The notes under the pieces: model-generated
Database searches by the model: none
The model's input: only the letters and a program-made list of their open reading frames with translations
Told to the model about the DNA's origin: nothing
Program-made: the position numbers and the translations under genes
Shown here: positions 28,579 through 36,383 of the stretch, in pieces
How positions within the stretch are numbered: the first letter of the stretch is position 1
Layout of the letters: every line of letters starts with the position of its first letter
Origin: a virus
Lineage: Duplodnaviria > Caudoviricetes
Virus record (IMG/VR): IMGVR_UViG_2731957577_000001
Location: 64,001-128,000 of that record
Direction: 5' to 3' (one strand)
Length of the DNA: 64,000 bases

Positions 28579-29274
28579 TTAGGCTGGCACAGGAGCCTGG
28601 AGCATCCCGGCTTGGATGAATGCATTCTGCAAATCTACCATCATTTCCTGCATGGCCGGCCAGCCGTCCTGCTTCTTTCGCAACACATAGCTGGGGTGAT
28701 ACGTATGGAGCATCGGGATGCCATTGAACTCTCTCCAGATCCCACGCTCTCGGCTGATCTTCAACCGGCTCCCTTCGGATCGCATGGCCCACATGGCCGG
28801 ATTCCCCAGGGTCACTATGACCTTTGGCTGAACAATCGCGATCTCATTAAACAAGTGCGCGTTGGAACAGCACCGTATCTCATCCATCGTGGGTTGGCGA
28901 TTGTTCACATCCGTCCGGCACTTGACGACGTTCGTGATATACAACCGCCGCCGGTCCACGCCAAGTCTCAACAACGCCCAGGTCAGGAGCTGCCCCGCCG
29001 CGCCGATCAGCGGTAGATCATAGGCCTCCTCTTGTGCGGCCGGCGCCTCCCCAATCAACATGACATCCGCTTGCCAACTCCCTGTACCACGGACTGGGCC
29101 CTGACATCCCAACGCTAACGGACAACGCCGGCATTCACGGATATTAGTGTCCATATAAAATTGCTCATCCACCAGGTGCTGAGTATATTGGTTGACATAC
29201 TGGATCTCCTGGAGCGGATATCCCGCGTTGACCAATTGACGTTCAATCTCAGACCAGTCACGGACGTCCGCCAA
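28579..29274 (-). CDS. Uracil-DNA glycosylase, family 4 (Fe-S)
   Basis: 'C..C.L', 'GEAP', 'TNVVKCR...NR.P..DE...C', 'YHPS'. Confidence 0.9.
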   Translation of the reverse strand: MADVRDWSEIERQLVNAGYPLQEIQYVNQYTQHLVDEQFYMDTNIRECRRCPLALGCQGPVRGTGSWQADVMLIGEAPAAQEEAYDLPLIGAAGQLLTWALLRLGVDRRRLYITNVVKCRTDVNNRQPTMDEIRCCSNAHLFNEIAIVQPKVIVTLGNPAMWAMRSEGSRLKISRERGIWREFNGIPMLHTYHPSYVLRKKQDGWPAMQEMMVDLQNAFIQAGMLQAPVPA

Positions 29275-29332
29275 GATCCTCCACCTCCATGTTTAACTTG
29301 TCAGCAACTTGTGTCAGACTTATAATGAGTGT

Positions 29333-29473
29333 TGAAGACGGCAATCATAAAAAAAGGCCCCACCAGCAGCCACTGGTGAGGCCTGGCGGGCCGACAAGGC
29401 CTACCCATTGCGCCGAGAGCAAAGCAATCTGTCAGCGGATGGTCGACTGGCCCGAGTCGACCATCATTCATTT
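29333..29473 (+). ncRNA. Putative antisense (antitoxin) RNA A
   Basis: TTGTCA-17bp-TATAAT (29298-29326); overlaps 3' end of locus A mRNA; ends at hairpin 29439-29464 plus CATTCATTT; ends approximate. Confidence 0.55.
29349..29384 (-). terminator. Terminator of locus A mRNA
   Basis: AGGCCTCACCAG/CTGGTGGGGCCT stem followed by a T-tract on the minus strand. Confidence 0.75.
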
Positions 29474-29559
29474 ATGATGAACTCAAAGCTGACAGCCAGG
29501 AGCCAGAGGTGTCCAGCTATAGGTACTGGGACGACTCTGATCCGAAGCACTCGCTTCAT
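29464..29559 (-). CDS. 31-aa peptide A (MKRVLRIRVVPVPIAGHLWLLAVSFEFIINE), candidate type I toxin
   Basis: AGGAGGTG RBS sequestered by upstream CCACCTCCT; extended -10 TGCTATACT (29689-29697); similar to peptide B. Confidence 0.65.
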   Translation of the reverse strand: MKRVLRIRVVPVPIAGHLWLLAVSFEFIINE

Positions 29560-29733
29560 CGGCACCACCTCCTCGGCTCACACCTAACGCAACAGGTAGA
29601 GCCGAGTCGGCCCACATCTGTGTGAGCCATAGGAGGTGGCTGGGCCTACAACGGATAGATTCATCTTACGATGAGTCCCGCCACTTCAAGTATAGCATCT
29701 ATATAACCCCATTTCCTAGAAGGAATTCTCAAT

Positions 29734-29979
29734 ATGAGCCGGATTGTCGAACGACCCATTCAATCCATCCAAACCAATGACCGAGGCGAACCGGTGGCAT
29801 GGCTGGATCGCGGTGTGACCCACCGAGTTGTTGAGATTCTCGATGCCTGGAGAGAGGCTGGAAATTGGTGGGAAGACGAACCGAATCGAGCCATGTATCG
29901 TGTGCTTACATCGGAGAACTACGTGTATGATCTCGAAGAATCCGAAGGCAAATGGAAGGTCTATAAAGTGTGGGATTAG
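29734..29979 (+). CDS. DUF6504-like small protein
   Basis: 'V.EILD.WRE.G.WW', 'YDL.....W....VWD'. Confidence 0.7.
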   Translation: MSRIVERPIQSIQTNDRGEPVAWLDRGVTHRVVEILDAWREAGNWWEDEPNRAMYRVLTSENYVYDLEESEGKWKVYKVWD

Positions 29980-30133
29980 GCCGCCCATTTGATTTCTATT
30001 CTAGATCATGGGCGTGCTATACTAGAAATGACCCATCTCTATAGATGGCCAACGTCTTGTTGTTGGCTGACACCCCCTCGGCTGCTGTGGGACGGTGCGG
30101 CGCCTTGTCGGAGGGCCGAGGGGGTGAGAGTTG

Positions 30134-30226
30134 ATGCGGTGGTTTCGCATTCGCGTGACGCTTTTACCGACCGGCCATGCGTTTCTGCCTTGGATCGTTC
30201 GTGTAGAGCTTACCATAAAGAAGTGA
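30134..30226 (+). CDS. 30-aa peptide B (MRWFRIRVTLLPTGHAFLPWIVRVELTIKK), candidate type I toxin
   Basis: GAGGGGGTG RBS inside a perfect 12-bp stem with 30071-30082; extended -10 TGCTATACT (30015-30023); similar to peptide A. Confidence 0.65.
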   Translation: MRWFRIRVTLLPTGHAFLPWIVRVELTIKK

Positions 30227-30331
30227 CGACCGGTTCTCAGCCAACCGGTCGTCGTTAGCGACTCACCATCAACTCCGACAAGCGTTGCACCGTCCGTCGG
30301 GACCCTGCCAGTCAGCCTCTGGCGGGGTCTC
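30217..30331 (-). ncRNA. Putative antisense (antitoxin) RNA B
   Basis: Minus-strand TTGTTA-18bp-TATAAT (30367-30338); ends at hairpin 30226-30252 plus CACTTCTTT; ends approximate. Confidence 0.55.
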
Positions 30332-30452
30332 ATTCTTATTATAGTCAATGTGCGTCTCATGTAACAACATGCTGAAACGAATCCAAAGGTCAATGAACTT
30401 ACTCTCCCAGAGGTCGACCTCTCTAAAAAGCATGATTCATAAAATCATGATT

Positions 30453-31067
30453 CTATGAAATCGCTTCTCCCTCCCGCTCGGGATGCGGACGCAGATCTAC
30501 CTGGGGCGGCTCCTGTGCCTTGCAGTAGAGTTCAATCGGCATGCCCTGGCTCAGCCACTGCGTGAGCTCTTCGATATAGCGGCCGCGCTCAATATATTGT
30601 GCCGCCTGTTTTCGGATCGCAGCTCTGGCCAGTTCTTCTGTCTCCCCAAATGCCTTAAACAAGCAATTCCCGTTAGGTAGCCGCAGCATATAGACGTCGC
30701 CTTTTGGCCACTCGTCGATGGCAATGGCATCATGCCAGCCTTCGTGATAGGCGGCTTGGACAAACTTCAGAGTTCGTAGGCCACTCAAAATCTGCTCTGG
30801 GGTACTTCCCCAATGGGTTTGGAGCTTTTTCAGAAGCTGAGAAGCCCATTGAAAATGAGTATACCGATCCGCCTGGACTTCCGCATGGAACCCATACCAC
30901 TCGTCATACTCCGGGTCCGTTTGCCATTCAAACCGTACTCTATAGTCCGAATACCCTTTGTGTTCCCGGACGACAACCGACAAGTGTTCGTACCGATTAC
31001 CATAGGAATGGCTCGGCGGCAGACGATAAATCAAGAAGTATTTATTGGGACGACGAATCTGCGTCAT
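30453..31067 (-). CDS. Hypothetical protein
   Basis: AAAGGA RBS; 204 aa. Confidence 0.65.
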   Translation of the reverse strand: MTQIRRPNKYFLIYRLPPSHSYGNRYEHLSVVVREHKGYSDYRVRFEWQTDPEYDEWYGFHAEVQADRYTHFQWASQLLKKLQTHWGSTPEQILSGLRTLKFVQAAYHEGWHDAIAIDEWPKGDVYMLRLPNGNCLFKAFGETEELARAAIRKQAAQYIERGRYIEELTQWLSQGMPIELYCKAQEPPQVDLRPHPEREGEAIS

Positions 31068-31089
31068 GAAGGATCATCCTTTCTTGGCA

Positions 31090-31154
31090 TAAAAGGAAGA
31101 CCCCTGTGATTGACTCACAGGGGTCTTGCGCTAAACGGAACTATGAAGTTTGTC
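31090..31154 (-). ncRNA. Putative ~65-nt sRNA complementary to the leader of the rep-like gene
   Basis: Minus-strand TTGTCA-18bp-TATTAT promoter (31190-31161, TG extension); 13-bp terminator stem 31097-31127; carries the complement of 31257-31272. Confidence 0.6.
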
Positions 31155-31369
31155 ACCGACATAATAGCATAGAAGTCATAGCTATGACAACTGAAAAATA
31201 TCGACTTGGTTCGGCAGGAAATCTTTTCGCCTTAGCGAATATATGCTATGATTCTGTTGCGCTAAACGGAACAGGATGCCTGTACCCTATACAGGTTATC
31301 TACGTCTGTTTTGGCGCACCCATTAACGGTGCGCCTCGATTTTTATAGAGAAAGGAGTGCGGGGATCGA

Positions 31370-31996
31370 GTGCTCGACCACAAAGACACGGGCAAGTATA
31401 CATACTGGATGAAGCACTTTGAGAACGGAGAACTGATCGAGGTCCCTGAGTCGAAGATAGAAAACATCTCCCTTGACACGCTCGACAACGGACCGGTCAT
31501 CCCCTTGCATCAGGGTGGATTCGCACAGATCCCTGCCTATTGGCTCTACTTCTGGTGTCCCTTTCTCTCGGTTCACGCTCAGTCTATATTTACGCACTTG
31601 ATCGCCCATACATACATAGACAAGAACTGGTGCCAGATCAAGCGTGAAACGCTCGCTGCAGAATGCAACATGAGCCTGTCCGCCTTCAACAAACACTTCG
31701 AGCAACTTGAACGATACAAGCTGGCTTGGCGCATCGAGGTGAGAACCCCGGATGGAAGCAACCTGCCGAACATTTACATCACGAGGAGGCAAATGCCCCT
31801 CATCCCGCAGGAACTTTACGATCAATTATCGGACCGGCTCAAGGACATGCATGATCAGTACATCGAGCGCATGGCCAAAAGCGGCATGCTGTACCTGGAT
31901 GTGGAGTATGAACGTCCACTTCCCGAACCCAGCCCACCGCCGAAAAGACGCGGCAGACCAAAAGGCTCAAAGAACAAACCCAAGGCGTCTGAATAG
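31370..31996 (+). CDS. wHTH replication initiator-like protein
   Basis: 'IFTHLI.H......CQIKRETLAAECNMS......HF.QL....L...E.R..DG.NLPNIY.I' resembles HTH_36-type Rep N-termini; AAAGGAG RBS; own terminator. Confidence 0.6.
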   Translation: MLDHKDTGKYTYWMKHFENGELIEVPESKIENISLDTLDNGPVIPLHQGGFAQIPAYWLYFWCPFLSVHAQSIFTHLIAHTYIDKNWCQIKRETLAAECNMSLSAFNKHFEQLERYKLAWRIEVRTPDGSNLPNIYITRRQMPLIPQELYDQLSDRLKDMHDQYIERMAKSGMLYLDVEYERPLPEPSPPPKRRGRPKGSKNKPKASE

Positions 31997-32041
31997 GCGC
32001 CTTTTTTTATGCCCAGAAAAACACCTTCCACGAGAAAAAAT

Positions 32042-32277
32042 ACCCCCTCCGTAATACGGACCCTCTATTTTTTCTGGTGTAACCCGTATCTCTTCTGGAG
32101 GAACCCCTATTCCGTATCACATAAGGTCCATTTCACCGTGCGGAAGGTAGATTCTTTCTCACAGACGGTGGAATCCGTGAAACGGAAGCATTGGTTCCTT
32201 GATGCGGAAGGGCACATTCCACCACAAAGAAACCCACCTTCCGTCACAAGGAAAGCAGGCTTACATACGGCGGAGAC
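32042..32277. repeat. Degenerate ~21-22-bp periodic array (iteron-like, candidate origin)
   Basis: About 11 units with recurring TTCC..../....CGGAAG cores directly downstream of the rep-like gene. Confidence 0.5.
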
Positions 32278-32330
32278 AAAAGAATAGATCTTTGAATCAG
32301 ATCCAATAAACAATTCTCCTCCTACTCCTA

Positions 32331-32660
32331 CTATATAGGGGAGACGGAGCTTTGAACCTGCACATTCTCAGGAAACTCCATCGCGAGGTTCTCGAGTCCA
32401 TGAAGAAGACATCGAAGCAGGAGCTGAACCTGATCCGACTGAAGGAGCGGAGGAAGGTCCACCTGAAGATACCCAGGTCTGGACTTCACTCTGATGTCGA
32501 CGCCGAGCAATTCCCGGATGGAACTCACCGTGTTCCTCGACAGTACAGACACCGCAGCACACACGATGTCCGTTCCCGGATCGCCAAAATTGGCGTGCCC
32601 GTGGATCTCTACCCTTTCGATCTTCCCTGTAAAATCTCTACCCACCACCACCCTAATCAT
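32331..32660 (-). CDS. prp: Ribosomal-processing cysteine protease Prp (DUF464)
   Basis: 'GHANF...G.DIVCAAVS.L', 'G.L', 'GL.NL..EFPENV'. Confidence 0.88.
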   Translation of the reverse strand: MIRVVVGRDFTGKIERVEIHGHANFGDPGTDIVCAAVSVLSRNTVSSIRELLGVDIRVKSRPGYLQVDLPPLLQSDQVQLLLRCLLHGLENLAMEFPENVQVQSSVSPI

Positions 32661-33325
32661 TGGGCTTTCACCAAGTTGCCGTTTTGCTCTGCCTTTAAGG
32701 TCACCGGTTCAGCCACCATTTCCGAGTTGGCCATCTGGAACGCTTTCACCATCAGGTCATACTTTTCCTTGAGTTCGCGATAATCCTTGACGAGCGATTG
32801 ATACAAAGGATGATCTTTCACTCCCTCATCGGAAATCTCGCGAGCCTCTGTCTCTAATTCATAGATCCGCTGTGCCTGTGCCTTGATCGTCTCTTCAAGC
32901 ACACGCTGCTGTTCAAAGAGTGCCTTTACGTGACGCTCGGATGCCTTATACATTCCCTCGAGCTTTTGATTGCGTTGCTGCAATTTCTTGGTGTCCTGGT
33001 CCACCTGTCGCAGGGCACGAATAATACCGGCCAGATCCATAAACGGGGTTTGTGAAAGATCCTCCGTGGTCTCCTTAGAATCATTCACGACATGGATGGG
33101 CATGACTTCAGCCATCTCGGTCTCTCTGCGCTTCCGACGGCGCCGCATTTGATTGAAGTGCTGACGAATAGAAACCGGTGTGCGCTTGAGCCGCTCACTC
33201 GCCTCCGAGAAGATTTCGGCATCATCGATGCCTAGCAAGCTCTGCTCCTGGACAAACTCCTCCAACCAGCGCTCCTCATCTTCCGTCCAGCGCGCATTCT
33301 TGTTGATGGGATACACGTTCGCCAT
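32657..33325 (-). CDS. RsfA-like regulator (Myb/SANT-like N-terminus plus coiled coil)
   Basis: 'RWTEDEERWL...V', 'F.E....L.RT', C-terminal 'EQNGNL'. Confidence 0.6.
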   Translation of the reverse strand: MANVYPINKNARWTEDEERWLEEFVQEQSLLGIDDAEIFSEASERLKRTPVSIRQHFNQMRRRRKRRETEMAEVMPIHVVNDSKETTEDLSQTPFMDLAGIIRALRQVDQDTKKLQQRNQKLEGMYKASERHVKALFEQQRVLEETIKAQAQRIYELETEAREISDEGVKDHPLYQSLVKDYRELKEKYDLMVKAFQMANSEMVAEPVTLKAEQNGNLVKAQ

Positions 33326-33584
33326 GCCTCAATCTCTCCTCTTCTTGCTGAAGATATGAAATCGCAGCATCGAGCCCGCGTTTGTCCGTTTGGGTTTGCC
33401 ACCAGGTGTACAGAGGCATCCAGTCTTCCAAATCCCAGACCAACACCAAATGCTGATAGTGATACAGACTCAACACAGGCTGACTGAGGTATCGGCCAGG
33501 TAACGCCTTCCATTTGCGTTTACGCGGCTCGAACCCTTTGAAGAATCGGTCAATCGCTTCATGCAGCTGTTGCAGTTTTTTCAC
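33276..33584 (-). CDS. Hypothetical protein
   Basis: Operon-fitted ORF; start uncertain. Confidence 0.5.
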   Translation of the reverse strand: MKKLQQLHEAIDRFFKGFEPRKRKWKALPGRYLSQPVLSLYHYQHLVLVWDLEDWMPLYTWWQTQTDKRGLDAAISYLQQEEERLRHGERVSHQQECALDGR

Positions 33585-33688
33585 CGCGGAACACCCCGCA
33601 CAGGTTCCCTCGATTTGACCCTTGCCTCCTGTGCTTTTCACACCCAAGAGCGATGCCCCAAGCACAGGAGACAGAGGCCTTCTGTGAG

Positions 33689-33910
33689 TTACCTTGCATC
33701 CACATGCTCCTGGATGAAACGTCGAAAGAGCGGATTTTGAGTCTGAATCAGCCAGCGCACGTACGCAACATTCTCCCGTCCGTAGGCGCCTTTTCGTTCC
33801 CGTGCGGGAACTTCTTGTTCAAATTGCGCCCACAGTTTCCGGTGTTCATCGGGATACGCATCGGCAAAGGCGTTCGTAGCAAAGATGGCCCGTTGGAACT
33901 CTAAATTCAT
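33689..33910 (-). CDS. Hypothetical protein
   Basis: GAGGAG RBS. Confidence 0.55.
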   Translation of the reverse strand: MNLEFQRAIFATNAFADAYPDEHRKLWAQFEQEVPARERKGAYGRENVAYVRWLIQTQNPLFRRFIQEHVDAR

Positions 33911-34338
33911 GCTGCTGTCTCCTCGCTGTTCGGATCAAAAAGCCAAAGCTGACTCTCGGTTACAGTCGTATTCCATCGGTAAGCCAGCCGGCCGTTTTCC
34001 ACGACGTAGAGCATCGATCCGATCCGGTACTGGCCATCCTCCAATGCCACTTCATCACCAATGAAACACCCCTCAAAATCCACCGGATTGCCGTCCAACC
34101 CCATCGGGGGTTCGTACAAGGGAGTCACCTTCACCTCGTCGACGTCCACCTCGACCCACACAGAAACCCCAATGGTCAACTCGTACGTCTGACCACATCG
34201 AGGGCATTCGTAGCGACGAGAGTCTTTCAAGCTCTCCACGTTGAACTCAGCTTCTTCCACCAGTTCGGACTCAAGATCCGTTTCAATTTCCTCTCCGCAT
34301 GTGCAGACGATCCGCTTCCTATGGTACTGTGCCTCCAT
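33907..34338 (-). CDS. Zn-ribbon protein
   Basis: 'CTCG...CPRCG'; AGGAGG RBS. Confidence 0.6.
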   Translation of the reverse strand: MEAQYHRKRIVCTCGEEIETDLESELVEEAEFNVESLKDSRRYECPRCGQTYELTIGVSVWVEVDVDEVKVTPLYEPPMGLDGNPVDFEGCFIGDEVALEDGQYRIGSMLYVVENGRLAYRWNTTVTESQLWLFDPNSEETAA

Positions 34339-34349
34339 GTTTAGTCCTC

Positions 34350-34535
34350 CTAGCCAACGGCAATGACATCAAACGCATCACCGAGTTTCTCTCGAATCTC
34401 ATCAGGAGTCGCTTCGACGACCGCCATCAAATGGTCATTGACCGAGATGACCTCAACCTTTTGTTTCAACGCATCGACCTGAGATGTATCCTCTAACTGA
34501 ATGAAATAGACAGCCACAACATCGACCTCCTTCAA
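34350..34535 (-). CDS. Small hypothetical protein
   Basis: First gene after the operator-containing promoter; start uncertain. Confidence 0.5.
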   Translation of the reverse strand: MKEVDVVAVYFIQLEDTSQVDALKQKVEVISVNDHLMAVVEATPDEIREKLGDAFDVIAVG

Positions 34536-34547
34536 GGATCATAGGCC

Positions 34548-34597
34548 GTGTAATGCATTACACAATCAAGTATAATACACAAAACACGGCCTCTCAA
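34548..34597 (-). promoter_or_regulatory. SigA promoter with perfect palindromic operator
   Basis: Minus strand TTGAGA-17bp-TATACT, then GTGTAATGCATTACAC (34548-34563). Confidence 0.8.
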
Positions 34598-34612
34598 TGG
34601 AAAAGCTGTGCG

Positions 34613-35971
34613 TTATGCGTTCGTTTCGCCTTCAACCGCTTCAGATTCGCCCGAACCGTTCTCCTGCGCCTGTTCCGCCGCGGCAGCTACATCCTCGGCA
34701 AACGGGTCTACTTCGGCTTCCGGTGGATTGAAGTCCTCGATCACGACACTATCCTTCATGTACGTGGTACGGATCGGGGTCACCAAGTCCAGATCCGACG
34801 AGCTGGTACCGGACACCCGAATCACAAACGGCGTCTTCGGAGACGTGAAGCAAAGCACAACCTGTTCCTCCGGAGAGATGGCGCCAAGCATGTCGAGGAG
34901 ATACGCAACGTTAAAGCTCGTTCCGATGTCCTTGCCCTCGGAAGACAGAGGCCGAATGTCTTCCTGGAACTTGCCATACTGGGTCGGATCGGACAGGAAC
35001 CGAACTTGGCCGTTCTTCGCGTCGACCAAGATATGAGCTGTTGTCACGCCCACATCATTCGCATACAAGGTCGCGCGACTCAGCAACTCCCTCAGCTCGC
35101 CGGCGCGAAACTGAATCTTAGTGCTGAAGTCAGGTGGAATGATCCGGTCGGTATCCGGGTATTGATCGTGCAACGTGCGAGTATAGATCGTGGTGTCGTC
35201 CAACTCATACAACACATAGCTCTTATCGAACCGGATTGTCACCATATCAACGTCCTTCAGGTGTTTCACTACTTCGTTAATGGAATCGGCCGGAATCACA
35301 TGGTTGCCATCCTCCACCTCACCGGTCAGTTGATACGACTGCTGCGCAAGACGGTGAGAATCGCATCCAATGGTCCGGAATATGCCGTCCTTGACGATGT
35401 GGTTCACGCCCGTCAGAACCGGCCGCGTCTCCGATTTGGATGTCGCATAGACAGTGCGGCGATACATCGTTGCCAGAACCGCGGACGGAACGGAGAACGA
35501 TAGCTGTCCATTGACCGACGGCAGCTTGGGATACTGGTCAAGGTGCAGACCCGCCAGAGACATCTTGGCGCCCTTGAACTTGATGAGCGTCTGAAGTTTG
35601 TTGAACTCGATGGTCACATGCTTTCCAGTAACACGGTTCACCAGGTCGACGAACTTACGACCCGGGAAGATAAGGCCGCCACCCTCTCCCTGAACGCGGA
35701 ACGACTCCATATCCGTGATGACGGTCTTCGTATAGAAGTTGCTGTTTCCGCCGATCAGCGTGATCTTGTTGTCCTCAACCTGAAAGTAAATGCCCTGGAG
35801 CGCCTGGGAGGGCGAGTTCTTTGACACCGAGTTTCCGACCTTACGAACCGCCTCACGTAACACTTCGCTCTTGATGGTCAGTGTGAACACCTGATTGGTC
35901 GTAAAGACCTGCTTCTCGGCCTCCTTCTCCAGTTCAACCGCCTTCTTCAGGTCAGCTTCTGCAAGCGCCAT
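34613..35971 (-). CDS. dnaN: DNA polymerase III beta sliding clamp
   Basis: 'L.GIY', 'YP.LP', 'ETRPVLTGV', 'DSHRLA', 'YPD..RIIP', 'FNV.YLLD', 'P.R'; acidic extensions. Confidence 0.92.
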   Translation of the reverse strand: MALAEADLKKAVELEKEAEKQVFTTNQVFTLTIKSEVLREAVRKVGNSVSKNSPSQALQGIYFQVEDNKITLIGGNSNFYTKTVITDMESFRVQGEGGGLIFPGRKFVDLVNRVTGKHVTIEFNKLQTLIKFKGAKMSLAGLHLDQYPKLPSVNGQLSFSVPSAVLATMYRRTVYATSKSETRPVLTGVNHIVKDGIFRTIGCDSHRLAQQSYQLTGEVEDGNHVIPADSINEVVKHLKDVDMVTIRFDKSYVLYELDDTTIYTRTLHDQYPDTDRIIPPDFSTKIQFRAGELRELLSRATLYANDVGVTTAHILVDAKNGQVRFLSDPTQYGKFQEDIRPLSSEGKDIGTSFNVAYLLDMLGAISPEEQVVLCFTSPKTPFVIRVSGTSSSDLDLVTPIRTTYMKDSVVIEDFNPPEAEVDPFAEDVAAAAEQAQENGSGESEAVEGETNA

Positions 35972-36020
35972 GATACATTCCTCCTCTTTTTAATTCCCTA
36001 AAATTCGGCGACAGCCGGCT

Positions 36021-36383
36021 TTAAGCCGTAACGGATTTGCGTTCGAGTTTCTGGATGGCGATGACTAACTGGACATCGAGTTCCTCCATCGTCTCCTCAT
36101 CGTAGATGGGCATACCCAACTTGGAGGCCACAAGGATCTCGAGTCTTGCGCCTTTTGAATCAAGCCAGTTCGGAAGGACCACCACTGCATCGGCATCCAA
36201 CATGGCCTTGATATCCCTACGCAGGTAATCCTCCCACGACCAACCCTCGACATAACCGAGCCGCGCGGGATTGATGACCTCATATCCCTTCTCATTCAGC
36301 CGTTCCTCAGCGGCGAAAAAGGCCTCATAGTTGTAGTTCTCCATTCCAGACATCGGGCCGCTGATGTAAATCTTCGTTGCCAT
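36021..36383 (-). CDS. DUF4406 / nucleoside deoxyribosyltransferase-like protein
   Basis: 'KIYISGPMSG..NYN..AF', 'NPA', 'W.DS.GA.LE..VA..LG'. Confidence 0.8.
   Translation of the reverse strand: MATKIYISGPMSGMENYNYEAFFAAEERLNEKGYEVINPARLGYVEGWSWEDYLRRDIKAMLDADAVVVLPNWLDSKGARLEILVASKLGMPIYDEETMEELDVQLVIAIQKLERKSVTA

Noticed and set aside
29289-30393. ORF-track calls 29289-29477, 29989-30258 and 30022-30393
   Set aside because: They span promoters and hairpins and lack SD sequences; better explained by the RNA loci and 30-aa peptides
32009-32287. 92-aa ORF with 7-residue periodicity
   Set aside because: No SD and starts within a terminator; the periodicity is more simply a DNA repeat
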